Source of the DNA: Podarcis melisellensis | Taxonomy: Eukaryota | Assembly: GCA_964234715.1 (NCBI GenBank) | Contig: OZ174275.1 | Length of the DNA stretch: 64,000 bases | Strand: one strand, 5' to 3' | Shown here: in pieces, positions 34,801 to 49,305 of the stretch | How the letters are laid out: each line of letters starts with the position of its first letter | How positions within the stretch are numbered: the stretch's first letter is position 1 | Notes under the pieces: generated by a model | The model's database searches: none | Told to the model about the DNA's origin: nothing | The model's input: only the letters and a program-made list of their open reading frames with translations | Position numbers and translations under genes: made by a program

Positions 34801-37800
34801 GATAGACCATTAAGTTGTGAGCATTGCAGGCTCAGGAGGGCCTGCCAAGACATCTCTCATGGCACCAACAAGATAAGATTTCACAGACTTTGCTTACAAT
34901 TGTCTGGTGCTCAAAAGCAACATTTTCTGGTTTAGGAAATTTCTGTAGTAAAGCAGCTATTTTCTTCCTCCTTTTGACTTGAGGCTTGGTGTTGAAGAAG
35001 GTGCATATCTGCTTGAAATGCAGTAGCCTTTAAAAATGTGACTTTTCCTCTGCAACGGAGCATTGATTATTAAATAAAAGAGCAAAATTGTTATCTGCCC
35101 ATATTGTTGTAGATGGTTGCTTAGCTGTCAAGAAAAAAAATCATCCTAGTTTTGAACTTTGCCTAAAATGTTGGAAATTGTGCTAAGGGAGTTGCTGCAA
35201 AATAGAAATTAAAACTTATTTGAAGTATGTCAAATAATAGTGCTATCCAGTAGATCCACTTAAGTATTGATTTCAGTGGGTCTAGCCTGAGTACGATGTA
35301 GTTGGATATCTCTCATCATGGATTTCTGACACCAACATTGTGGCTTCCCTCTTGCTACTTACATTTTAGGGCACTGTGAAACTGGATAACATTGGTGATT
35401 ATTCCCAAGGTAGATATGGATTGCTGTTAAAGCAATACCTTTGCTGGTTGCTGTTCAAGATATTTTTCTCTTGGCACATCCACCATATAAGTAGTTGGTG
35501 AGAATACAGCAAGACAGGAAAGTTAGCAGCAAGGCCCACATATATCACACCAGACTCTAAACTGAAGTACTGCTTTTTCATTATTTGCAGTATTTCATCC
35601 CATAGTAGTTTCAGGTTACTTATTCCAAACTGAGTACATTCCTGCCATAATTTTTAACTCAGAAATGAGCAAATCATTAAGCTTTTGCACGTCTCTGAAG
35701 AAAAAAATGCAGTTATGGACTATTATAGTCATGGTTATTTAAGCTAAAAGCATGACACTAGTGTTGATTACTTGATTGTTATTTTTGTAATGTTCTGGCT
35801 AACTTTAGGTCAAATGGTGTAATCAGTCATTTTACATTACTTCTGTTCTAAGAAAGCTGATATCTGTGCTATATTCTTAGAAGCTGATTTATTGTAGAAT
35901 GATGTTATAGCTCATTTGAGGAGACTGCCATTAAATCATAGATGGTAAGAAAGGTTCTCATTCAACAATATTTTCGCCAGTAACTTAAAGTTTTATGCGC
36001 TGCTATTTCAGCATTATTTTGCATAGCTTTCCCTAAGGTCCAAGAACTGTAGCTGATATTAAAACTGGCACAGCATCGCTAGTAATTTTCCTCTCTCGTA
36101 GAAGAGGGTTTTATATATAAAATACTCTATCAGCATATTCTGCGATGAATCCCTCAAATTTGGAAATGCCACTGTTACAGTCTGTAATGAAAGTCAAGAG
36201 CCTTTAATTCTTTCTGAACTGATGTCCTTGTTCTGCAGTAAAATATCTACTTTTAATTATTACTTTGGGCCCTCAGTTTCTGAACATAACAAATCCCCCG
36301 ATGTTTCCAAAATGTACATTTCCCTAGAAAGCACCCAAAGCAACAATCCTAAGTGTTTATAGGCAGATGTAAATCCCATTTAGTTCAATGAAGCTTATTC
36401 CCAAGGTGTTGTATCCCACAAAGCTCTACTCAAAGTAGATCCATTGAAATCAGTGCACCTTATCCATGTCTATTAATTTCAGTAGGTCTACTCTGAGAAT
36501 AGCTAACGTTTGATATAAGTGAAGGTCCCTTTCCAGAATAACTTACAACTGTTGCCAGATCAACATAAATCACATTGGGCAGTTCTGGAGTGCAAATTTA
36601 TTTCCCTGAACTGGTTCTTTTTTTTCTCTCCTTCAGCGTACGTTGCAACAAATTGCTTGTTGAATACAGGTGGTTTTGGGGGTGGAAAACAGAATGTGGA
36701 TTAGCACCCACCTTCCAGCTTCATGACCTTGATTCAGATCAGGGACCCTGTGACTGCTGTTCATTAAAAAGAGAGAGAAATCCCAATCAGAAGTTGCGTG
36801 GAGTTTGACCCAATTTTCTATTTACACTTGGATTGTTTCAGTAAAGGTAGCTAGCATGTGAGCTCCTGAAGAACACAGTTGCTGACATCTGCAGGCAAAG
36901 ACTAGGACTGCAAAGTTTTTTAATGGAAGGCGTGTAGAAAAGTGAGAGAGCAAAGAACTGGGAGGTGGTAATTGGGATTCAGCAGTAGGCTGCTCACTCT
37001 GCTTCCTGCTCCCAGGAGAACATCAGTTTTCCTACTAAATTGCAAGAACTCACTGGCTCAGACTCTGAGAATTGAAAAAGCACACCTACCTTTGCTTCCT
37101 GTAACCTTTTTATCCTGGACAGCTGGCTGGAGATACTAATGGATTATCCAATTCTATTTCCTTGGAGGATATTTTGCCACTGTGATAGTTAATGAGTCAT
37201 TTGCTTTTCACCAGCCAAGTAAGTATTGGCTTAGATTAGCAAAGCATCCTATAAATAGCCCACAGGGTGATGCTGGTAGTTTCACAAAACACATTTTTTT
37301 AAAAAAAAATCCATTTGGATTTTAGATTCATTCGAACTTTCAAAAGTGCATACACACACGTTTGTTTGTTTTTTTAATTTTTAAAAAAGAGCAGAAATTT
37401 TATTCTGCTAATCTTACATGAGTCTTGGTGTGTTCTGATCCAGGCAGACCAACATGCAAAGAAACTGAAAGCAGATCTTGAAGTTCTCATTCCATTCATG
37501 TGATAGAAGCAGAGTGAGACTTACTGCAGCTCCTCCCAATTTGTTCTAGTTTAATGTGACATGAAGCCATGGGAATTAACTCTCTTAGGATTGGTTTACT
37601 GGGTGAGAAGTGGTATAAAGACCCGTAAAATCTGCCCTAACGTTTACTTCCACTGGAACATGCTGTTTCCACTGTAAGTAACCTAATGCAGTATGTTTGT
37701 GTTTGATAGTGATAACTACCATGTTAAAAATGAGGAGGTTGAATGTTTCAGTAGGCATATAATGCCATCTAGGATTCAATGTAGCCTGGCATCTTATTTA

Positions 37801-40800
37801 AAGGGATTTTTGCCTATGCATTCAGCATAGGCAGTTTTCCTGGCTGGTATTCATCTACACTAACTTGCTGTACCAATAAGGCAGTGCGATATTGGTGCAG
37901 CATGATAAATGCCTGCATGTGTCACAGTGGATACTGTCTTTAGAGGAAACGTCTCCTGCTTTAGACACTTGCTTGAATTGCCACATCACTTGTAGAAGAG
38001 GCATTCCCCAAAATTCATTATTTGCTGACCTTTACAAAGTATTGCCTGAAACAGCCTGTTTTGCACTGCTTCACTGCAGGGCTACAAATACATTAAAACA
38101 TATAGATATAGATATTCATGTCCGTGTTAACATCCCTTGTTTTTGTAAGTTCTGAGTCATCCCCCACTGTTGGCCAAAAGGGGCAAAATATCTCACAGGA
38201 GAGCTGTCTATACAGAAACAGTTTCTCAGCAAAATTTGCTTTCATGTTCATTGTAAAACTACCCTATCCTCTGATATTCAAGGAGGTTAAAGTGTTCATA
38301 TAGCACTGCTACTTTAATTCAGACATTTGAGAAGCTTAGCTGATGAGGGTCAAGGTGATTTCCCCAAAGGAATGGGTATGTTATTTTCAACTTAGTTTGC
38401 TCTGGCAGATGCTAAGCAACGCATCCCACTGAAGTTTCCTTGTCAGAAGCTGAAATTTTTGCATGTCAGAGTTCATAAGCTTCATTGCTCTTCTCAGTAG
38501 CACAGAAAAGCACCTTGTTAGAAAGTGGTTAGGCAGTTTACCATGTTTTTGGTTTTCTTCCACATACTAACTTAACCAAAACAAATAATCTAAATATAGC
38601 TGTTGCCTCATTGTTAGAGCTAAGAAGTGCTATCAGTTGCCATATTGTGGACATGTTTGTGTGGAGTCGTTGGAAACCAAAACAGGTGGAGACAGGAGCA
38701 GGGCCACACCCCTAAATCTCAGAAACAATATGGGGCCAAGGACTGCACATACAGTACATGCTAATCTGGTAACCTGTGCCTTCATTATCTCAATTCAGGC
38801 ATTGCCTTTCCTGGTTAAACAAATACCTGTGGGCAGGAGAGCAGATAGAAGCATGCTGGCTTAGTCCTGGCTCTGTTGCCCTCCATGTTTTCAAAGACGT
38901 CTGTCTGCAATGGGGGAAGCCTTTTGTACTCGTGGAGATTTCTCCTGTGATTTCCCATGAACTCTGATTTTCCAGAATTCTGAGCAGGACCTTTTTTTAA
39001 GCCGGAACTAAACAGAACTTAGTTCCCCACACCTCCCAGGTGGGCTCCATCAGTATCCATCCCATCAGTAGATGTCTGAATAGGGATATTGGAATGAATG
39101 TTTCTACTGTGTAAATGCTATGAGCACGAAGTGAGAGGTTAGAAAATAAATAGTGTTTCAACCTCTCGTGAATTTTTGACCAGGAATGCTCTGTGAAGTT
39201 TATCACCGGGGCAAATATTAAAGCACTGGCATGAAATGAGAGTGCAGGTCTTGGTTGGATGATGGTATTATTTGGGTTCATGATATGGTTGTTGTTGTTG
39301 TTTTATGCCCCACCCATCTGTTCAGTCTGTCATTTCAACTTGTTGGCCTCCTTTATTTATTTTGCCTAATTGGTTTTGGATATGGGGAACTTGTGTGTTT
39401 TTATTCATAAGAAAAGTTACATGTTCTTTCTCCAGGAAGGTGAGGAGACAAACTTCGAAAATATTGAAATGTTGAAGTAATGTCTTCATTTATCTAATGA
39501 CCACAGGTCTATGCAGAGTGCAGTCCTTCGTTTGCCTTCATAAGTGGGTACAAACACCCATTTCTCTGATTAAGGAGCTATCTGTTAGGATTTATTCATA
39601 TGGACTTTATTCAATTTTTATTCAACTTAGTCTTGTAAAACTTTCATCTGTGAGGAATACATTCAACCTTGTGTTTTATCATATTTTATTCCTTCAGTGC
39701 TATTGCTGCATCTTTCTTTAACCTTATTCAGATTTCTTCAGTAAAGGTTTTAAAGCTCTTATTATTCTTGTCTCTGTTCTTCATTGATTCAGTCCTCTTT
39801 AGTATCTTTTTCACTGTAGTTTAGATAGCTATTGGCAATAGCCTGAACTCAGAACCATTCTTACTGTGTCCTTTTGAAGATCATAGGACTGTTTACAATA
39901 TAAAAACACAAAAATGCATAGCATACGAAAGAGAAGGGGGGGGAGACACATACACTGCAAATTTTTCAGAGCTATTACTGATAAAGCTGTCCTGAATAAT
40001 TGGTTTCTATTAGTTTATTCCGATTATTTGTTGACCAGGTCTTTATTTTGACAATAAATAATCTAGGAGTCAGAATTCTAATATTTGAATTGTTAACCAC
40101 ATCACGAAAATGCCCAGGCAATACCTTTGGTGCTTAGAATATTAGTAATTACTTTCTGGAAATGGACACCACTGAGATGTCCACTTATAAACATAAGAAA
40201 CTTTTAGTGATTATTATTACTATGAAAACATGGTTTGTAAATCTGTTTCATTATTTCAGTCCCTGTTGATGAGAGAAATATGGCATAGCTAGTGAAATGC
40301 CATCTTGGGCATATGTGTTGGGTGTGTTGCTCTCATCCTCTCCAGCCCAGTCTTCAAGGCTTAGGCTCATTGTGAGAGGCAGGTGTGCACTTTTTGCAGG
40401 TCCTCTCTAAACTACCTGATCAGCTGAGTGAGCCTTTGTTGTCTGGTTGACTCATGTAGGACTCAGACCTGAGTTTAAATGCCTGCTCAAGTACAGATCT
40501 GTTAGGTGGCCACTATCACTTGTCATTCAGCTTCTACCTCCAATCTAAAAAATAGGAATTAACCTGCCTTCCATGATCTACCTTCCTTACAAGTTTGTTG
40601 CAAAGGTAAACAAGCTTATAAATGAAAGTCCTATGTTCTCTTTGCATTATTGAGGGGCAATGTTAATTAAATTAATGGTTTAATACTCTAAATGTCATGA
40701 CGCAGCATTGTAGAAGCTCTTTCCAAGAGTTACTGCCTGTGACATAGTCCCTCCTGAGTTCCACTGCAACAAAGACAGAAAGGTGAGACAGCTACAGTGT

Positions 40801-42379
40801 GATTTCAGTTGTGCGTAATTTTGTGGGAATTGCTGCTGTGCTACATGACTGTTCAGTGCAGGCAGTACTGAAGCACCTCTGCTCTTAAATTGTCTCTGAA
40901 ATGTGTGCAGTGGAGAAAAAGAGAAACCTCCCTGTAGCCTTTATTGTTTGTACTACTTGGCTTGGGCTATTTGATACCTAGTGCAGAATTAATGAGAGAA
41001 TGGCGGCACTGTGGAAAACTTGTCAGTTGATTCCACATTATAGAGGTAGAATGAATTAGGAATACAGCCAGTGTGTGTTTAAATGGCTCTACTTGAGCAC
41101 CACTAATCAAATAATAGGACTGCATATTAGGCCATATTATATGTCCCTATAAATGCATAATTTATTTGCTTACTTATTTAACAAAACCATTATTTAACAA
41201 AATTAATACACACAGTGACCATTTTGCGTGGGAGTTGCATAGTGTGGGTACATGGCCTGGCATTTTTCTGCATATACCCTGGCTGTTAGTTAGACCTTAG
41301 CCCTTCCTATCTTGCCAGATAATGCATTTCAGTATACATAGATTAAGTCTGTCTGGTTTTATCACCACTAGTTGGTCAACAGTTCTAATTCTACACCTGC
41401 CATATTAACAGATGTGATTTTGTGGAATTTTGTATAGGAGCCTCGGAATAACCAAACTACTTCAGGATAGCTTAGTCTTATATGATCCACACACAAGGTA
41501 CAGGCATGTGGTAAAATCAGCATCGGGTAAATAACAAAAAACTTTTCTTTAAAAACCATAAACACACTTGGCGCATTGATTAAATAAGTTAAGATTTAAT
41601 GACACCCTTTCATGTTTCTCCTTGCTGTCTTTCAGTCTGTACTCACAGTTCTGTCTGTTAATGACATTATCTGACTGTTAGCGACTATTAGATGCATGTT
41701 ACCAGATATATAAATGAATAGCTAGGGTGAAAATAAAATTTATAGTCAGCATTTAAGTTTAGTTAATTGTAACAGCTAAAAAGCAGTGTATGGTTTGTGT
41801 TTGTCAAGCTAATTTTACATTTCATGTAATACGCCATACAATTCCCCCATTCCACTTAGCTCAGTTAGCATTTATCTCTCAATTCATGTATGTCTCATTG
41901 GCTGCTCTCCTGTACACAGCTATACTGCTTAAATCCCTCTTAAGTCAATGGGAATCAATCAGCCTAACTGTACACTGGGTTGCCGCTTTCACCCTTATAA
42001 TATTAAGCTGTTAAGGCTTACCATATGTGCAAAAGAGCCCATAGCATATAGCAAGCACTTTATTTTCCTTAAAAAACACATTTCAGAAGAGTGTACACTT
42101 GTTTCACCAAGTCTTATATCTCTTTCTGAGCTTAACTATTCTCTTGATGGATTGTGTGCCTTATTGTTCTCGTTTGCATGTAACATTAAGCAATAGTTAA
42201 TGCTAAGTTATAGTTAATAAACCATCATTAAAACCAAGGTATCTCACACACAGTCACTCAAAGCATGGTTTGTACATCACAGAACAGATTCTTTCTCCTT
42301 CACTGTTGAATTTTAACCTCTTCTACACTAGTAGCTTTGGAGCAGTGGCAGATCCTTAACCATAGTTAAGGAGAGAGGT

Positions 42380-42521
42380 CCAAGTTCACACATAATACTA
42401 AGCTATGGTTAACGTTAAGAAAAGTTTATAAACCGTGGCTTAATGTTAGATGATCAACTTTAACTTTAGTTAAATAAACCATGGCTTATAAGCTGTAGCT
42501 TATTGTAATGTGTGAACATGG
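42380..42521. mobile_element. Palindromic MITE with AACCATGG motifs (Harbinger-like)
   Basis: TIRs CCAAGTTCACACAT / ATGTGTGAACATGG match at 13/14. Confidence 0.5.
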
Positions 42522-44192
42522 TCAGCGTTGCTGTTTATTAAACAAAACAGAAGGTTTCATAATATCCTAGTACTAGTAGAATGTGAGAGTTTTAAAATTC
42601 ATGTATAAGAACTTAAAAATATGTACACAAGGAAATGATTAATCCAATTTGCATTATAAAGCAAATAACCTACTGTGATAGACTGTTACATCTGATGATT
42701 CATAAACATTAAAATGACTTTGCCAAATACAGGAAGTTTTAATTATGCTTGTGTAGATTCATGCAGATCAGCTTTTTCTTATCTATAGTGCTTATCTTTG
42801 TTTTAAAAACTACTTATCTTCTTCTTAGTTAAGAACTATGGTTTGAAGTTACAGTTTGGCCCATCATTAAGTATAACCACAACACAGAAGATTGATTTGT
42901 ACAACTCTGTGGGTCTCTTTCCACCCCTTCTGCTTTACCAAATAGCAATATAATGTACATTCTTAATCTAACACCATGTTTTTAGGACTAAATTTGAATT
43001 CAATTATATGTAAATGTCTCTATCTGTCCTGATCATCTGTGCTGGATCGAAACTTCATTACATCAAAGTAAGCTATGTCATATCAGTACATGCTACACTG
43101 CCTATGAATTTGACACCATTTCCCCTAAAATGTGATTGCTCATCTGCCTTAAGCCATTAGCAGAGTAACTGCAATGTCTTAATATTGTGATTTGAGCTAT
43201 GCAAGACTATTGAAAATAATTTAAGCCCCTAATACTTTCCTTTCCTTTTAATTAGGTGGTGGTGGTGGTCTGTTACGTTTAGTTGCCAGTGTGCTGTGTT
43301 TAGGAAGTATAAAACCAGAAACTATCAGGCTTATACTCTGGCTTATACTTCCTTAAGTGAAGCTTATTCTATCATTCATGTTATGCAATCAGTTGATAAA
43401 AGATGGGCAGAATTTTGAGACCAGCTGAATATGTGAGCCCTCTTACAGTTAATTAGGTATTTACTAGAGCTGTAAGCTAAGATTTCAAATATTGATTAAA
43501 CCGCTTAATCAGGAGAGAGACCATCATCACTTTGCTGTTTGGTAGAAAGCTCTATCTCTTGAATTTTTGCTTGCTATGCAGCTGTTAAAAACACAGGAAT
43601 CAAAGAGACAGGTCGGTTCTGTCTTTACACAGGTAAACTCTGTTCCTGCTTTGTGCACTGAAAAACTTGGAGTTCTTGGTTGCTGAAATCATTGCCGAGA
43701 CCATATTTTTTGCAACTCCAAAAAATGCTTATAAAATTCAAAGTCCCTAAGAAACATCCCTTTCCACACTTCATTTTGAAATACCATTTCTGCTACATAA
43801 ATTTAATGATTGATAGCCCACTTTATTTACAATACAACCATAAGAATTCCAATCTGGGACAGTGTAGGAGCAAAGAAATGGACACTTCCTCCCTACTCTT
43901 TGGAAGTGAATTGATAGGGTGTGAATCAGTTGCAAGGCAATAAACAGATTTGCTAATGAGTGGACTTTTGGTTTAATAGCAGATTGTACTCATTTTGAAA
44001 TGAGACACCAGTTCTCAAACTTGATTTTATAGTAGTGCCAAACTCCTGATCATACGCGTTTGATTTACAAATGAAACAGTAATCCAGAACCAACTTGCTG
44101 AGACAGTCATACACAAGCAGTGGGATGGGGGAAAATAATAATAATAATGATTGTTTCCTGCTGACAAAATCAATTGATTCTTCTTTTAAAAG

Positions 44193-44195
<3 letters not shown>

Positions 44196-44242
<47 letters not shown>
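44196..44242. repeat. (GA)n microsatellite
   Basis: Directly visible. Confidence 0.97.
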
Positions 44243-44244
<2 letters not shown>

Positions 44245-44607
44245 TTTGCTGATCAATTCCATTGCAAGACCATGGCCTTTCTCAGAAAAGTGTGGACAAT
44301 TTCTAAATTCATTGCATTGTTAGACCACAAGCAATGCAAACACTTAATAATATATTTTCAATACCAATATTTTATAACACTACAGGTATGGAATGTATGA
44401 ACATCAAGCCATTGATCCCTGTGTATGAATTCTATATTTTATGCTACTGGTGCATTCCAAATAACATCAGAAATTCAATTGTTTACCAAAGTATATATAG
44501 AGTTCTCACATTTTGAAAATTGACTTAGTTATCCAGTTGTCAGCTGAAGCAAAGCAGTCAATATTCACATCAAATGAATATCAGACCTGAGAGCAGAAAG
44601 TCAAGTA

Positions 44608-44833
44608 CAGTGGTACCTCGGGTTAAGAACTTAATTCATTCTGGAGGTCTGTTCTTAACGTGAAACTGTTCTTAACCTGAAGCACCACTTTAGCTAATGG
44701 GGCCTCCTGCTGCCGCTGTGCCGCTGCTGCACGATTTCTGTTCTCATACTGAAGCAAAGTTCTTAACCCGAGATAATATTTCTGGGTTAGCGGAGTCTGT
44801 AACCTGAAGCATATGTAACCTGAGGTACCACTG
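44608..44833 (-). mobile_element. Tc1/mariner MITE, same family as 11604 in the opposite orientation
   Basis: TA-flanked TIRs; its reverse complement is identical to the 11604 copy over the first 57 nt. Confidence 0.92.
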
Positions 44834-45862
44834 TATCTAATCTACAGCTCAAACACCGGCAGAAAACCACACATGCAACAATCACACCTCCAGACATTTT
44901 AGGCCACAACCCCCAATTATTCTCCACCGTGGGATATAATGGGCAGAGGCTGTGGAAGTTGAAGTCCAAACAAACTTGGAGGGCATCAGGTTTGGGGAAA
45001 ATGTAAGCTGAGAAGAAAAAGAACATGTTCTCAGCTTCATAAAGTGATATTTTTCATCAGGTTTGTTTCAGCTTTTTAAAAAATCAAAAAGGTATTTGGG
45101 AACATGAGCATTTGTTTTATTTTTTTCTTTTGAGACTTAGGCTAGAATCCTACACCAAGTACCTGGGAGTAAGTCCCATCCAACTCAGTTGGACTTCTCA
45201 TCCAGGCATGTATAGGATTTCTCTATTTATTCCAGGAAAAGATGGCAAAGCTCTGTTCTGTGAGTAGAACTCCACTCATGAGTCTCATAGGTTGAAGAAA
45301 TGCAGAAAGTCTCTGTTTCAATCCAAGGCATTTCCAGGTAGAGCTAAAAAATGGTGCTGGATGAAGCACAGGAGAGTCATTGCTAGTCATTGTAGACCTG
45401 TAGTCCCTGACAGTAGACAAACCCTCCTAACATGTCGTGTGGGCAGGGAGAAAAGGAGAAAGAGTGTGTTTTGGTTTGGGACAATTTACCTTTTTTGGGG
45501 GGGTGGCTTGCTTTCATTTGTGTACATGTGTGTCTTTTATTTTGTGTTGGTGTATGTGTAGGTGTTTTGCCCATTTTGGAGAGGATTTTGAGCATCATCA
45601 GCTGGGTATTCTGTGGTGCCTATGATTTCCAAATGTGTCCATGGGCCCAACAAGTGTGGGTCTCCTAGTGCAGGCAATATTGAGCCAATTGGAGCAATGG
45701 CCCAATAGAAGATAAATTCCTGTCTTCCTATGATCCAACCTTGTTAGTTTTATATCAGAGTTCTGATATTAGAAAATGTTGTGATACATTTGATCATGTC
45801 ATTCGCAGTTCTCACGTAAGTTTTCCGTTTTTGTTTCTAACAATTTATTATTTTTATTTTAG

Positions 45863-46020
45863 GAAATAGCATATTACATTCGGCTGCAGACAGTGTAACC
45901 AGTGCAGTACAGAAAGCAAGTCAAGCTTTGAATGAGCGTGGTGAAAGGTTAGGTCGAGCAGAGGAAAAGACAGAGGATATGAAGAACAGTGCTCAGCAGT
46001 TTGCAGAAACTGCACACAAG
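45863..46020 (+). CDS. STXBP6: STXBP6 coding exon (R-SNARE-like motif), 158 nt
   Basis: TTAG|GA...AAG|GTATG; encodes (G)NSILHSAADSVTSAVQKASQALNERGERLGRAEEKTEDMKNSAQQFAETAHK. Confidence 0.97.
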
Positions 46021-46699
46021 GTATGAAATTAATAAAATACAGCTTAAGGAAAAGGACAAGAAATCCTTAATATGGTAATAACTTCTATGAGAAGCAGGTT
46101 GCTAGGAAACCCCTAATATTAATATGCAAGATTGTTTTCACATATTGTTGTCAACTGTTTAATCTCATCAAAAGGTACCAAACCCTTGTTGATAAATGCT
46201 GGCAAAGGGGCACATTCTGACCTGTTAAGTTAGCGCTGGCATTTGTTGGTTTGAAAAATATGCAGTGCACACTTCTAGTGCCTGCATATTGAGGTGGGGC
46301 AGGGGTGTTTTACAGCAATTAAGTAAATCAAATAAAGCACAACATTCCATAAAATGATGTAATACAACAGAGATGGGTTCAACAGATACAAAAATATCAG
46401 ATAAAAAATTATATGCCCCAATAAAACACATGTTTGCTGGAATACAAAAAAGTTTTTACACTCTCTTGGAAGATTCTGAGGAAACCGAGAATATGGTGTG
46501 AAGGCTAATGTTCTACTATGTGCTTTAACTAAATCTGAGGTAGGGCCTTCTCAGTAGTGGCACCCACCCTATGGGTGGTATCCAACTAAGGCTGCAGTCC
46601 TAACCATGACTATTTAATTCAATATGGCTTACTCCCGGGTAAGTGGGGTTACCATGTCATACTCTGAATAGACCCAGAGAAGTCAATGCCAGTGAGATT

Positions 46700-47150
46700 T
46701 TTCATTATAAATAACAAACACAAACAATCCAAGTGTAAGTTAAAAAATACTAGTTTTCAGAGCTGCAAATTAACAAATCATACACTTACAAAGTTCCCAA
46801 ATATTTTAGATTTAAAAATAGCCAAGACAGCCAACAGTTTTCATCTGACAAGCTTCTCACTGCTAGCATATACAAAGCAACCTCATAAATAACAAACTTA
46901 TCTTTATCAGCCAGCAACCATCTAATTTTGAAATCACCTGTTTGACCTTCTAAAAAATTCTGGAATGAATAGAAGGATCTGCTCCTATGAAGGGCAATAA
47001 AGAACATAGTACACAGTATCTCCATCTGACCTCATCCACTTCACAAAAATGGTCTTTTGTTGGCCTTTTAAAGAATGTACTGGTTAAATATTCTGATGGC
47101 ATGGTTTGAAAAGCTGAGCAGAGTAACACATATCTAACAAGGGGGGGAAA
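46700..47150 (-). mobile_element. Degenerate non-LTR retrotransposon ORF2 C-terminus (RTE-X-like)
   Basis: Frameshifted pieces FQTMPSEYL...FCEVDEV...YCVLC and KIRWLLADKDKFVIYEVA resemble a LINE C-terminal zinc-knuckle region; AT-rich 3' end. Confidence 0.45.
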
Positions 47151-48443
47151 GTCCCACAGATTGCAAGCAAAGTGTTGCATCAAACTATGCAGCAAGACTT
47201 GACAAAAAGGATACGAGGATTTGCATTTTCCATCTCCCAATTTGCTTTGTGATACAGTCAGGACCAGGAGCGGAATGTTGCCACCAGCAGTGCAAAATAC
47301 ATCCTTTGGATTGCATTGTAGCATTTTCCCTATTATACATTTACACTTAAGTCTTGTGCTGCCCTTGGTATTACTGTGGCTATTCCTAACATCTTTCATC
47401 ATAAAAAGGAGCTTATATTTCTAACTGTGCCTACAAATACTTTTTACCCATAGAAGATGGGTGCTCACTTCACTGCATGTTTTTATGTTTAAGTTAATTT
47501 CAAACTGCTCCCATTACCCCCAGACACCACGTCAGTGAAGGCTGAAAGCCTTCTCTTAGAATATGATTAAAACAAAAGTGGCTGTCTTGGTCTTTGAATC
47601 TTTATCAGAATGGCTATCACTTGGCAACTTCCACTAACAAGGACTATCTGGACTATACATACATGCTTCTGTAAATGGAGTTGGAAGCAAATATAGACCA
47701 TCCCTGACTGCATCCATTCAGCCCAAGCACCTCCTGTCCTTGGGGCAAATCTCTTTTCAAACAAGCCTGATCTGTTAACCTTGCCTGTGATCTAGACTAG
47801 CAACCTCTGTCTTTCCTCACATAATTGGCTTCTTTGCTAAGCCTTCTGCTTTCCCTTAAACACACTTCATAATGTTCTCAAGACTTGGTATCTCCTGTAT
47901 TCACAGCCTTTCTCTCACACTCCTCTATTATTATATGCTACAAGGACTGACCATCACTTTTTTGTTTCATAATAAATATGGAATTGTAGGACATGTATGT
48001 GATGCAACATTCAAGAACTCTAGACAACCTGGAACATGACTCTTCTTCCTTTTCTTTAAAAAGATATATATGAATATTTCAAGCATCGTATCACACCCCT
48101 AGAAACTACAGGAAAATCTTGAAACTTATTCCTTTAATCCTCATTTATTTATCCTGCATTTATGTTTTTCTGCAACAGTCGGAACTGAATACTAATGAGC
48201 AATACTGAATTCCTGTGTTGCTTTCTCCCACTTTGAAAGTAGTGAAACAAACTAATTAATCTGGTTTGTGTTTACTTTTAAACTCTTTGAAGTGACTTCA
48301 CAGAGTCATTGTTGCAAAGTCAATTATTTATACAAGTTGCTGGTTTATGTGCTTTGTTCCCAATACTAATCTGTGCCGTGCCTGAAATGTAAAATAATCC
48401 TGCACTGGCAAAAATCCTAATGATGACGTCTATTAATGTAAAA

Positions 48444-48444
48444 A

Positions 48445-48496
<52 letters not shown>

Positions 48497-48497
48497 A
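48444..48497. repeat. (GAAA)n microsatellite
   Basis: Directly visible. Confidence 0.96.
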
Positions 48498-48989
48498 GAT
48501 TTAAGTAAATATCTGTGTGCCTTTCAGCACCTTCATTTTTAAGGAACATTTCAGAATCAAGTCAAGGATCTCACTTAAAAGATGTAGCACAAATGCTGTG
48601 ACATTTCATCAGCTCCTGATATCACTATTAAAATGTTGTCATTAGATGGCTGAGGTGGTGTCCAGGAAGTGGCTACATGTCAAGTTAATTTCAGTATTAA
48701 GTGGATAAGATGTGGGGAGAGATGCTTGCTAGCACACCACATGAAAAGGCTTTTCTGTGTGTATCCCAAAATAACCAGATATAAGTGCCAGTATGAGAGC
48801 TGATATTGAAAGATGCAGCTGTGTTCTTGTTACCTACTTTAAAATGTCTTGAGTATTTGGTGGGGGGGGGGGAATCATTTATTGAAACCCAAGAGATTTG
48901 TTGCCAGTCATTGTTGCCAACAATAAACTAGATGGACTGTTGCTCTGTTAGCTTCCTATGACACAGGTTTGTTCAGTATTCATAAGGAT

Positions 48990-49305
48990 AACTCAAGAGG
49001 TCTGCACTGGTTACCAATTTGCTACTGGGCCAAGTTCAAGGTATTACTATCAGCATATAAAGCCCTTAACAACTTGGGACCAGCCTTACCTGACATGCAT
49101 CCACTCGACCGCTTCAGTCGGTGGAATTGGCACTATTACAGGTGCCATATAAGACCTCTACCTAATTTGTAAGCACTTGATTGTTTTGTGTGGCAGAGCC
49201 TACACTTTGGAACTCCCTGTCTACTGAGATCGAGCAGGTGAATTCACTGACCTCTTTTTTGGCATCTGCTAAAAACATTTTCTTTAGACAAGCCTACCCA
49301 GATGC
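48990..49305 (+). mobile_element. Old L2 3' fragment
   Basis: Translates LHWLPICYWAKFKVLLSAYKALNNLGP, homologous to LHWLPVEYRIRFKVLVLTFKALYGLGP at about 23480. Confidence 0.8.

Noticed and set aside
44095-44400. ORF with an RERERE low-complexity domain
   Set aside because: It is a translation of the (GA)n microsatellite.
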